Assembly: GCF_026210795.1 (NCBI RefSeq)
Contig: NC_089433.1
Span: 1,178,001 to 1,242,000, forward strand
Direction of reading: 5' to 3'
Origin: Rhizophagus irregularis
Taxonomy: Eukaryota
Length of the DNA stretch: 64,000 bases
The notes below the pieces were generated by a model, which ran no database searches, was not told where the DNA came from, and worked only from the letters and a program-made list of their open reading frames with translations. The position numbers and the translations under genes were made by a program. Positions within the stretch are counted from its first letter, which is position 1. Each line of letters opens with the position of its first letter. Shown in pieces: positions 15,050 to 26,536 of this stretch.

Positions 15050-16545
15050 AGAAAATGGAATTTGGCTTTTCTTGATTGATTTTAGCTAATTAAATTAAGT
15101 TTAGTAAATAGAAATCAATAAAATAAATAAAATAAAATATTAATAAATTACCTTTAAAAACTTCGCGTGCATTGGTAAAAGTTGATTGAAGTTCAATCGG
15201 TGTTAGTGCTTGCTTATCTGGTGTTGAAAAATGTAAAAAGGGTTCTAGAACTTCTAAAATTCATATTGTATATTTAGTATATTTAGTAAGGATGAAAATC
15301 AATTTAAAAATTAAAAATAAAACTCACCCGAGCCTTCCATTTAATCATTATCTATAAGAATGTTTATTAAGTTGTTTAACTTCACATTCTGCATTTTCTC
15401 TTTAGTTCTTTCATAGCTAGTAAATCCTGAATTTGATTTATGCTAGGCGGGTAATTGCCATAACTTCATTGTCACTAGTATCAAGTTCTTTCAATATTTC
15501 TACTAAACTTTTTCAGGCGCCGTGATTGCTGATATTTCGATTGCCAATATCAATACCACATTCTATTACAATTTCATGTAAAAAATTTTTTAATCACTTT
15601 TTACCAACATGAAACTTTTGAAACCAATGATTATAAATAATATAATCTATAAATAAATTAATTAATTAACTAATAAATGCCATATTACTGAAAAAATAGC
15701 ATAAAATGATAAAGTACATTGAACTCACCATCTTCAGCCACATATTCTCTTAAATAGAATTCTTTATCAGCATTACCTGGTCTTTTAGAAAAATATTTGT
15801 TATAAGTTTCCATTATCATTGGATGATATGGAATTCTTAATTTTTCATCATTAATGAGCCATTAATACCCCTTTGATTTGTTTTACTTTGAGGAATATTT
15901 ACATCAAAACCCTGACCATTAGCTCTAAACTTGAAATGAGAATATTGTAACGAATAGTGCTCACCACCTCTAAGAGCTAAGAATAATGCATTTAAAAAAG
16001 ACTTTTTTAACAATCCAGTGGGTATGTCAATGTTTAATGCTGGTGAATACAGTATTTTTTTACATTCTTCAACCACTCCTTGAACATTGGCCTTTCCTTG
16101 TTCTGCTACATGTTACATTTTACCATCTAATACATCATATAATATTGGAAATTAATTTTCTTGAAGTAAAATCCATTGATACTGTAATAGTAATGATAAA
16201 TCATTTAAATGTCAGTTCAATGCATGTATAGCATTAAGTATAGATCTAGCCTTGTATTCTTCACCAGAATTAGTCTTCATAACTGTTATGAAACTACAGG
16301 TTTGACTTTCTAACTCCTTTCTATAAGTAATATCTATGCTTTTACCAGTAAATCCAGCTTTTTCACAAAAGTTTTCAAATTGGTGAACCCAATTTTCTGT
16401 GGGTTTATCTATATTTACTACTCTTGGCTTATTTTTGAAATAATTTATTTCATCTTCTGTAGGTAAATAAAACTTGAATAGAAAATACTGTATTAGCAAA
16501 TTAATATAACAATATTTTGGTAGTAATAATAACATACTTTATCAT
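15050..16545 (-). mobile_element. Crypton-type tyrosine recombinase pseudogene (intron-containing)
   Basis: NALFLALRGGEHY (catalytic Arg region), SKTNQRG, downstream ISNH.. and EVMAIT...YER motifs at ~15400-15540; N-terminal SFITVMKTNSGEEYKARSI typical of Crypton/DUF3504-like proteins; frameshifts; GT-AG introns near 15100-15150, 15250-15328, 15648-15729. Confidence 0.75.
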
Positions 16546-17473
16546 TATTTATTTTATGTTGAAAGAAGAAAAATGGGTATATAAAAAATGTATATAAAAA
16601 AGAACGTGTAAAAGAAAAACGCGGAAAGAAAAAAGATGAGTGGATTTAAAAGAAAGCTTAAATAAACTTTCAAAACATGATCTGCTAAAAGTTGATTTGA
16701 CCATCAACATTATTTGTGACACGTAGTGGTACAATAACGGCCAATCATTTGACGTCGATGGTCATATTGAATACTTCTTAGTTCTTACCCAATAACTATA
16801 TAATATAATATAGTGTATATTTTCGTATATTTTATAAAAGTACAATAATAAAGCAAAATTCTTTAGAACTTGACAAATTAAAAATTATATGAAACTTTTC
16901 TATAAGTTAAAAAACTCTATAAGTAAATATAGAAAATACATTTCGGCCAATTTGTTCGTCATTTATTTAGTTAGTGATCTGCATTTATAATAAAAATCAA
17001 CTATTATAGATTAAATATCAGTTTCCTATAATATCATTATTTATGAATTTAAGAGAATATTTTTTAATTGATTTAGAAATTTTTGAGCTTAATAAAATTC
17101 TAATTATTTTAATGTCATCTGCATATAAAATGTATTAAAATATTTTAATTTCATTTATATTGTTTGTATGATAATTTATATTTATTTAAATTACAAACTA
17201 AGAAACGTGTAAATATTTACTACTCTAGACTTAATGTTTAAATAATTTTAAATATAAATATAAGAATAAAGAAAGAAAAAATACATATTTGATAATTGGA
17301 TAAGCTATAAAAGAAAGAATTTATTTAAATTACAAACTAAGAAATTTGTAAATATTTTACTACTCTAGACTTAGTGTCTAAAAAGAATGAAACAAAAAAC
17401 AATTTTTATTGAATGCATAATATCAAATTTCACTTAAAAGAATATAGATTTTTTAAAACACACAAATAATCAG

Positions 17474-20400
17474 TTAATTTTTATCTGTTTTAATATCTAA
17501 AAAATTAAATAAAAAAAATTAATTACACGTAAATAATTTGCAAATTACCTTTTTTGTATATATTACATTCCCAATGACCTCATATATTTATCATTCAAAT
17601 CTTCACTTATTAACATTTACTGTGAATCTTCACTTTCAAGAATTTTATTCAATTCTTTACTAGTAAAATTATGAAAACGACTTTTATAATATGCTTGTGG
17701 ATGAGATTTAGTAGTAAGATTATTATGCCCAATTGGTGCACTTATAAATTCCATAACATTGCATTTTAATTCAGCATCAATATCTTCAGCTTTCTTTCTA
17801 TAAGGAAGAAAAATCCACTTGATAATAATATTTAAAACTTCTTTAGAAGATGGCCTTTTTAATGGATCTTCATTCCAACACTTATTCATCAAATCTACAT
17901 AACATTGGGGAGTATTTTCAATAATTTCAGGACGTTTCCCTTTACAAATACTTAAACTAATTTGAAGATCATGTGCTCTATTATTAAATGGTGGTACTCC
18001 GGATGTAAATTCCTACATAATCATAGAAAAACTATATATATCACTAGCTGGAGTATAAGAATTGCCTTTTAAAACTTCAGGTGCCATAAATGGTATAACA
18101 CCATAAATATCATTTTTTTTCAAAGATGATTTTACAGGTTGACATAGTCTAAAATCACAAATATAAATTTTCTCCTTATTATCATCATTATGATTTAAAA
18201 TATTGCCATCATGAAAATCACAATGAATAAGATTTTGATTATGTATTGTATTAAGCCCAGAAATAATTTCATGCAACATATATAATTTTTGTTTCCAATC
18301 ATTTTTGATTATTTTTGGTAAATTTTCTCTCAAATTACCTTTGTTTGCATAATCCATTACAGCCATATAATTATCTGGACTTTTTGTAAATCCATAAAAA
18401 GAAATAATATCATATGAATCTAAACAACTTTCATGATATTTCCACTACAAAATAATAATAATATGTTGGTATAAATAAATCAATAAATTATAATTTAAAT
18501 TAAAAAATAAGTGTTATACTATCATACTTCATTTAAAAATTCATTTAAATTTTCATTAAAATTATTGCGACATTTAAGAATTACTTCTCTGTCTCCATCA
18601 TTATTTAACCAAATAGCTTTGTATATAGTACTATATTCTCCCTCATTAAGATATTCAACATTTCTAAAGTTATTATAGGAAATCCACTTTAATTTTTTTT
18701 CAATAATAAATTCATCTATAATTTTATTTCCACTTCTTCCAAATCTATAAATTTAAATAATTAAAATTAAAGTTTATTTATATTTAAATTTTATATAGAA
18801 TTTAAAATTAAAAAAATAACTAATATTAATACTTACTCTAAATTTAAGTAGGATTTAATAAATATTACCTTTTAGTTTTTGTATAATATATATATACACA
18901 AAATAACCTATAATTAATAACTTACCAACTAAAATAACAGATGTTTTTTAAATAAAGAATTCAGGTAACTATAGCTGAAATGAATATTATATAAATATAC
19001 AACAATAAAAATAATTAATAACTTACATGCTGTAATATTAAATTTATATTCTATAATAAATTACCAAATTAATTTTTTAAATAAAAAAAAATTCAATTAG
19101 TTTGAATTATGTAAATATTATGTAAATAATTAACATATATAACTTACGTTCTAAATAAATTACCAAATTAATTTTTTAAATAAAAAATTTAATTAGTTTG
19201 AATTATATGTAATTATGTAAATATGTGTAATAATAGAATTAAAGAAATAACTTATAACTTACGTTCTAAAATACACCGAATAATTTTTGAAATGAAGAAT
19301 TTAGTTAGTTTAAATTATATAATATTAGAATTAAATAAATAACTTATAACTCACGGCGGTCTAAAGTAAATTACCAAATAATTTTTTAAATAAAAAATTT
19401 AATTAGTTTAAATTATATGCAAATATTATATAAATATGTAATAATAAAATTAAATAACTTATAACTTACGTTCTAAAATAAATTACCAAATATTTTTTAA
19501 ATAAAGAATTTAGTTAGTCAATTATATGTAAATGTTATAACAGAATTAAATAAATAGCTTATAATTTACCAGCTAAAATAAATTACCAAACGGGAAGAAT
19601 TAATTTTTTTTAAAATAAAGAGTTTGGTTAGTTTAAATTATACGTGAATAGTTTATATAAGTATGTAATGAGTAAATTTATCATCTCCCATAGCGATCTC
19701 GTCTGGGCAAATTACGTAATACAAGCCAAATTAATAATGCAAGTGATATTTCGGGACGCAAATAGATATTTACAATGTTCCAGAATAGAGGGGTGTGACG
19801 CAGGTAACAAAAAGGTAGCACGTGCGACGAATAAATTATTTTACATGTAATAATAGATTAAATAAATAACTTTTAACTTAGTTGTATCATGATGATCGTG
19901 GGATATATAAAGTTTGCTTAGTAATCAAAATGAAACACGGATCCGGTTTTCCTCAGCTTTATATGGCAACAAAAAGTAGGCTTATAATAAATTACATCCT
20001 AAAATAAATCATCAAATAGTTAGTTATATGTGGCTAAATATGTAATAGTAAAATCAAATAAATAACTTATAACTTACCAGCTAAAATAAATTACCAAATA
20101 ATTTTTTAAACAAAAAGTTTTGTCATATTATATAAATATTTTTTTAAATAAAGAATTTAGTTACATGTAACACATAAATATATACTAATAATAGAATTAA
20201 ATAAATAAGAATATAGTTAGTTTAAATTATTAAATTATATAAATATATAATAATAAAAATAAATGACTTACAATCTATATTATTAAATAATTTTTTGAAT
20301 AAAGAATTTATTTAGTTTAAATTATACGTAAATATTATATAAATATGTAATAATAGAATCAATTATATAACTTATAGCTTACCAACTAAAAGGAATCACC

Positions 20401-21113
20401 AAATAATTTTTATTTAAAGAATATAGTTAGTTTCAATTATACAAATAATAGGAATATAGATGACATATAACTTACACCCTGTAGTATTATTAATTTTAAT
20501 TAGTTAGATGTAAAGTATATAATGTAAATTAAATATAATATATCACTTACAATCTAATCATTTAAATAAAGAGTATAATTAGTAAAATTATATAAAATAT
20601 TAAACGAGTATATATTATTATTTTTAAATATTGTAACTTACCATCTGTAATATAATTTATTATTGAATAGTTATTTAAGTAAAGAATTTAGTTATTAAAT
20701 ATTATGTAAAATAAAGTAAAGGATAATGATTTAAATAACTGATAACTTACTAACTATAGTATTATTAATTATTAAATGAATTATTTAGTTATAGGAATAT
20801 AACAAAAATGAGATACTTTTATTATTCAATTATAAGATAACGGACTGATAACCTATTAACTTACGAGCTAAATTATTTAAATCAATGTTAATATTACATT
20901 ATTATATAAATTATAATAATATTTAAATTATTTGCAAATAATTCTTATTTTAGTTAAATAAATATTTATATATTATATTTACCTTCAGATTCCTTGGTGC
21001 CACTTGAAACTTATTGCAATTTGATTGATTTGATTAAAAAATTTTAGAATAATTCAAATTTATATTAAATATTCATGTTATATGCTTTTACCTCTGTCGT
21101 TATTATGAGTCAT
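17474..21113 (-). pseudogene. TKL-type Ser/Thr/Tyr kinase gene with 5' micro-exon array; this copy appears disabled
   Basis: Exons: 21113-21092 (ATG), 21009-20983, 17 micro-exons, 18744-18528 (FGRSGNKIIDEFI..LKWISY..EFLNE), 18444-~17571 (WKYHE..HCDFHDGN..APEVL..SDIYSFSMIM*EF..CWNEDPLKRPS..HPQAYYKSR), 17496-17474 (DIKTDKN*). Lesions: TGG>TAG at 18013-18015, DFG-position reads DFR, TAA at 17617, last donor GT>GA at 17570. Confidence 0.88.
18745..21091 (-). repeat. Tandem array of ~70-120-bp intron/micro-exon units
   Basis: Recurrent plus-strand motif (A)ACTTAC-NNN-CT(A/G) = YAG|NNN|GTAAGT on minus; shared intron body AAATTACCAAATAATTTTTTAAATAAAGAATTTAGTTAGTTTAAATTAT with CTAAC/CTAAT branch-like motif on minus. 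Confidence 0.9.
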
Positions 21114-22429
21114 TGCTATATAATTATACCAAAACTCTTTTTTAACTGAAAAAGATAATGTAAATATTTGTTCTTCAATTCTTCAATTAAACGCCTTGGG
21201 TATATATTGTTGATCATGTATGACAAATGCGTGCCAAGCCTCATTGTAGCGCAGCAAAACTAAGACTCAGCCACAAATCATACTACACTTCTGATTGGTT
21301 GACCATTTGCACCTGATTTAATCACAAAAATTTAAACGCGGTTTATAATTCTCCCATTTTTACGCAGTAAATTTTAAGTCTTTCGCCCAAGGATTCTTTG
21401 ATCCGCCTTAGGTTGAATAGATTAAAGGACTTGGGACTTGGGATTAGAGTGTGTCAAAATACCAACCTATATTAGTTAATTTTGAGTTTCCTTTGTCACA
21501 TGTAATGAAAAAAGTTTTTTTACTTAATTTTTTGAACTTTAATGGTGTAAAAAAAAAATATTGAGATATTATTAATATTGCTAACAAAGTTGATTTACCA
21601 AAAAGAAAGAAGCTGAAAATTTTTTTATCTATGATAGATAGTTAATATGTTAGGAGTGACAGACAAAACTTTAACTGTTAAGTCAAGTCAACGTCTGCGT
21701 CACATTGCCACGTGACTGTTGTAGACTTTTTTAAAAAAAAAATTTAAATTTTTTTTTTTATGATACTAAACTCTTGATGTGAAATGCCTTGGATTTAAAC
21801 TTTTGACATGATTTACTTTTATATTATTGGACTTGATATACATATACTTGTGTGTTTCAACTTTCAAGTTTTAATTTTTTTTATGTACTATCATAACGAG
21901 AAAATAGAAATATCAGTTAACTTAGCCACTAATCTTCCTCTTACTTCATTATAAACAAATATAAATGCTAATAGAGAAAATGGTGATAATAATGTGGATT
22001 TAATTTAGTTAATAATGGTTTGAATAGATTAGAAGAATAGATAAGTAAAAATGTTAAGTTAAAGAGTAGGAAATGAAATTTATTTTTTTTTAATACATAA
22101 AATTAAATAACAATTTTTGAACTTGTTAAATATAATATTTATATTTTGATACATCAAGCCGTATGAATTTACGTCAACAACATAGCACAACAAGGCGCAA
22201 CCAACACCTCTACTGTAGTTATTTTGCATTCTAATCCAGTATAAATCCGCAAAATTCACATTGCTTATATATATCGAATTTATTATCTGGATTTGAATCC
22301 GAACACTTTTTTTTCACTTGAATGCAAAATGAACCAAAGTATATTTATAGTTAAAAAATAATGTTCGCCCAAATTCAAATCATTGGAAAAAATGAATAAA
22401 TTGACATTATAACACTAGAAAAAAATAGA

Positions 22430-23035
22430 ACGAAGGATGAGAGAGAAGGGAAAAGAGGAAATGGAAAGGACGAGAGAGGGAAAATGAAGGGGAATAAAGC
22501 GAGTGGAAAGGATAAGGGGATGAGAAAAAGGGAAAGGAATGAAGAGAGGGGGAAAGTGCGAGGGAAAGGGAAAAAGGAAAGGAAAGAACGAAAGAGAAGA
22601 AAAGAGAAGGGAATAGAGTACTAATGGAGCGAGGGGATGAGATGACGAGAGAGAGGGAAAGAAAGAGAGGAGGAAAAGTGGAATAGAACGAGGGAAAAGG
22701 ATGAGGAGACGAGAGAGAGGGAAAAGTGCGAGGGAAGGGAGGATGAATAAGAAGGAAAGGGAAGCGAGGGAAAAGAATGGGGGAAAAAGAATGGGAAAAG
22801 GGAAAGGAAAGGACGAGAGTGGGAAAGGGAAAGGGAAAAGAATGAGGGAAAGGAAGAGAGGGAGAAATGGAAGAGGAAAGAGCGAGGGAAAATAAACATA
22901 TACCACACATACCCACACCACCCACATACATACCTAAAATAAGATGTAAATAAATGTAAAGAAAAGAAACCCTAATAAAGAAAACCTAAAGAAAAAAGAG
23001 GACAGGAGAAGAGTCCTAATAAAGAGAAACCTAAT
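22430..23035 (+). repeat. Polypurine (GA-rich) low-complexity tract followed by CA-rich motif; member of dispersed repeat family
   Basis: ~460 bp of almost pure A/G, then CATACCCACACC..CCTAAAATAAGATGTAAA..GAAAAG; related segments at 37200-37710, 39190-39490 (inverted) and 61500-61640. Confidence 0.8.
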
Positions 23036-23097
23036 CGGTATTACCGGGATTAATGTCTAGTTGATAAAGTTTACGTATTTTTCGTAATACTTGAAGG

Positions 23098-23677
23098 TTT
23101 TTTTTTTAAAATTTAATAGTAACGCATTTATTAATTATGATTAATCAAAAATAATACACAATTATACAAACACCTAGAAATAATATAAATAAATTATATT
23201 ACCCTCTATTGTGTAAAAGCATTACTAATCTAAAAATATTTTATAAATTTTTTTCTAATTTTTTTTTATATTTTCCTATGTTTTCTAAATTTTCGAATTT
23301 TCTAAAATCATAAACTAAAAACAACATTGGCAGAAAAATAAATCAAATGTAAAAATTCCTATTATAATCTAAAAAAAAAAACAAATTGAGATAAAAAAAA
23401 ACAATAAAACAAAAACAATATAAATATAAATTATTAAGAAATAAAAAATCTTAAATCTACGCCCTTGACGGAAATGAATCCAAAAATCGGTCGAAATTCC
23501 TTATCGTCCGCGTGTTATCTTCAACCAAATCCCAGCGCAAATCCAAAAACCTTAATCTTAACTTTGTTTCATTAATAAGGACAAATTTGTTTATTCGCTA
23601 TCGGAATCTTCTCTTCGTCCTTGCGTTGCCACAACACGTTTTTTGTTTTCGTTAAATTTGTCTTTCTCTGTACTCGA
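23098..23677 (-). mobile_element. 5'-truncated LINE insertion (3' end) with poly(A) tail and TSD
   Basis: TAATACTTGAAGG(TTT..) duplicated at 23085 and 23678; T-run at left end; 3'-terminal TAGTAACGCATTT(T)ATTAATTAT shared with the LINE end at ~25883. Confidence 0.8.
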
Positions 23678-25016
23678 TAATACTTGAAGGTTTTTTTACC
23701 AGTACCAGCTATAACGAAGTACATATAGCTAAGACATTCAAACAAGTTTTAATCACAAACTTCGTGATGTTTTTATCGAATGTTGATAAAATTTAAAAAA
23801 ATATCAAGTAATATCATAAATACCTCTTGAAACACCCAGATTTATAAAAAAAATAATATATATTATTGCCTGAGATCAACATCATCGTTTTGATGACCAA
23901 AATTTCTTTGCTCCAATTTTCTCTTCATATATTCAGGTATATGAATTTCGACCCAAACTTAGTTCTATCACAATCATTTACATTGAGAAAAGGTGACGAG
24001 TATGGTTTCGAAGCTTTCCTTTAGGGTTTTTTGTAGTAGAATATGCATAAGTTTATACAAATGGATATTATATAGTTCTCATTAAGATAACAACGTATAG
24101 TCCGAACCCGAAATATCAATTACCATTATTGCTGAATGTTCTAATTTTGCATCCTCATTCCTAGTTGGCCTTTTGCAAGGGGTTTTTGTTAATAGAAATA
24201 ACGTATCTCATATAACTAATAATTTAAACCCAGAATTTGCTCATTTTCAAGGCGGTAATCTTGCGGTTAACATAAGTAATGTAATCAGTAACAATGATAA
24301 ATTGAAACTTGAGTATAAAAGTTATAATTTACTATACTAGTAAACGCGAATTTGCCGCTGTAACTTTTGTACATTCGATACAATAGCGGTAGAAGGGAAG
24401 CAATAAAGATTATAATATACAACAGGGGACATCCTTATATTATCACGCTATTGCCGATCATTTCAATTATTTATTCGATATTATCTCATGAAGAAAATAC
24501 GATTATTGGGCTATTTTTATTGCAAATTGTATAAAACCAAAATAATTTTTATTTAACTTTGTTCATGTAAAATTGATTGAGAAATGATGTTTTGAAAATT
24601 TATATTTATTACATAAATTATAACAATACAATTGCAAGTATTTATTTAATGATAACTTCTCGGTTATTAAAAATTATTCATGGTTATTTTAGTCATTAAT
24701 TCTTGAATACCTAATTAACTGTTAATATATTGTAAAAGTTTCAAATTTCGCCCGAAGCTTTAAAGTATTAGAAAATGGTCGACATACAATCATACATATT
24801 AATTATTGAAAATTTTCGCCTAAAGCTAACTTTGGAACTACATTTTATTTTGCCACAAAATTTTTATACCAAAATATTAATATATGAAACTACTAAATAA
24901 AATAATTTAAAATTATTTTTTAGAATATTTATGGCCTGAAATAAAGTTTCAAAATTAGTGTGATATCACATATGATCGGTAAATGATCGACATGTGATAT
25001 AAGGTACTGTATGTCT

Positions 25017-25706
25017 CCTTAACCTAACCTAAGTGTAGACCTTAAACCTAAACTGGGGTGTACGATAAGATTTGGTATGATTCATAATCATCTTATTATA
25101 TGTATGTTCTAGTTCCGTTTGCTCTGTACGCATTTGAGTTTAAATTTCGTCTTGAAAGGTATGTCACTTTCTTTTTTAATTTATTAATTTATTATTTTAT
25201 TTTTATTTTATTTTACAGTTGAAGTAATTTTTTAAATATAGAATATACTGAAATATTTTTTATTGAAAACTTAGGATAAAAAAGCGAATATATTATTAGT
25301 GTTAAGCTTAAAGGTCCCAAAAGCCTTTACATAAATTCTTTAGTCATGTTTTATTAGTAAAAGACATAAAATATATAAATTTTATATATTTAGTTCAATA
25401 ATATGGTCTATTTATCTTTTAATAATAAATAATATATTTATAACAAATTTTATAAATGAAATAAAAATTGCAAGAATTATAGTTATTTTAGATAAATATT
25501 TCTTATTTCTTTGCTCATTTTCTTAAAAACACTAATACAATAATTTTTTTATATAAGATAAATATTTCTTCGCGCGAAAAACAACACGAAAATTTTTCTA
25601 AGATAAACACAAAACGAAACTTGACCAATGAAATTCATCAAATTTTAATAGTACACCCCAGTTTAGGTTTAAGGTCTACACCCCACAACCCCACATTAGG
25701 TTAAGG
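25017..25706. mobile_element. Non-autonomous TIR element
   Basis: Perfect 31-bp inverted repeat GTGTAGACCTTAAACCTAAACTGGGGTGTAC (25033-25063 / 25651-25681) plus outer CCTTAACCTAA / TTAGGTTAAGG; no clear TSD seen. Confidence 0.7.
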
Positions 25707-26034
25707 ATGCTCATGTCCACCCTGTTATAATATACTGCGTTATCGATACCTGATGCTTATTATAATTATGAGTTGTTAAAAGTGAATAAAAAAAATTACT
25801 CATGCATACATACAAATCGATTTTCTTAGTCAAAAAAAACGTGGTACAGAAATATTATAAATTTTTTTTTAAAAAAAAAAATTAGTAACGCATTTTATTA
25901 ATTATTTAAATCTTAATAGATTACATAATTTTTTTAAAATACTTACTATTACTTAGAGGTATCAATAATAACCCTATAACTAACCAATCTATCTATAACA
26001 ATACTATAGACTAAATTAAAATAGAATATGTAAT

Positions 26035-26536
26035 TTTTTTTTTTTTTTTCATTGAGCCAATCGAGGATTTTATTGATATTGATGTAATGGTATGAAAGTG
26101 TAACTTGATTATACATGCATATTCAGTACAAAAATACTTACTACAAAAATACTACTAAGTTACGAAAGCTAGCTAATAGAGTCACTAAAACCCAGAAGCC
26201 CGCCTTCTCAAATCAAACGGATTATATAAAAAAGGATAAAACTCACCCAGAAAAAGGCGAACAGGAAAGAAGACTATAACTAAAGGAATGGAAACAAATA
26301 AAATTTGTATCAATTAAAAATTTACCGTATTCTAAATAAAATTGGAAAATATCTAAATACAATTCATTAAAAAAAATTAAAAATTATATCTAAAACTTCC
26401 TATACTAATTATCGTTAACTAAACATGTAATTTCAAAAAAAAAATTTTTGTAACCCTAAAAAATTCTCCAACAAGGTCATAATCCCATCCAACCCGTATA
26501 AGACCTTTGGTTATTAATCTTTCCATAGGCCAAACG
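26035..26536 (-). mobile_element. 5'-truncated non-LTR retrotransposon inserted in the 3' UTR of the older LINE
   Basis: 18-bp direct repeat TAAAATAGAATATGTAAT at 26017-26034 and 26537-26554; ~16-nt T-run (poly(A) on minus) at left end. Confidence 0.85.

Noticed and set aside
19644..19850. 68-aa plus-strand ORF inside the micro-exon array
   Set aside because: Coincides with a small insertion, has no ATG start (GTG) and no recognisable domain
20983..21002. 20-nt version of exon 2 using the proximal AAG acceptor at 21003
   Set aside because: Puts the array in phase 0 and out of frame with the kinase; the 27-nt version is preferred, but that choice rests on frame logic, not transcript data
22407..22931. 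Long overlapping F/S/P/L-rich and R/E/G/K-rich ORFs
   Set aside because: Artefacts of the polypurine tract, which lacks stop codons in several frames
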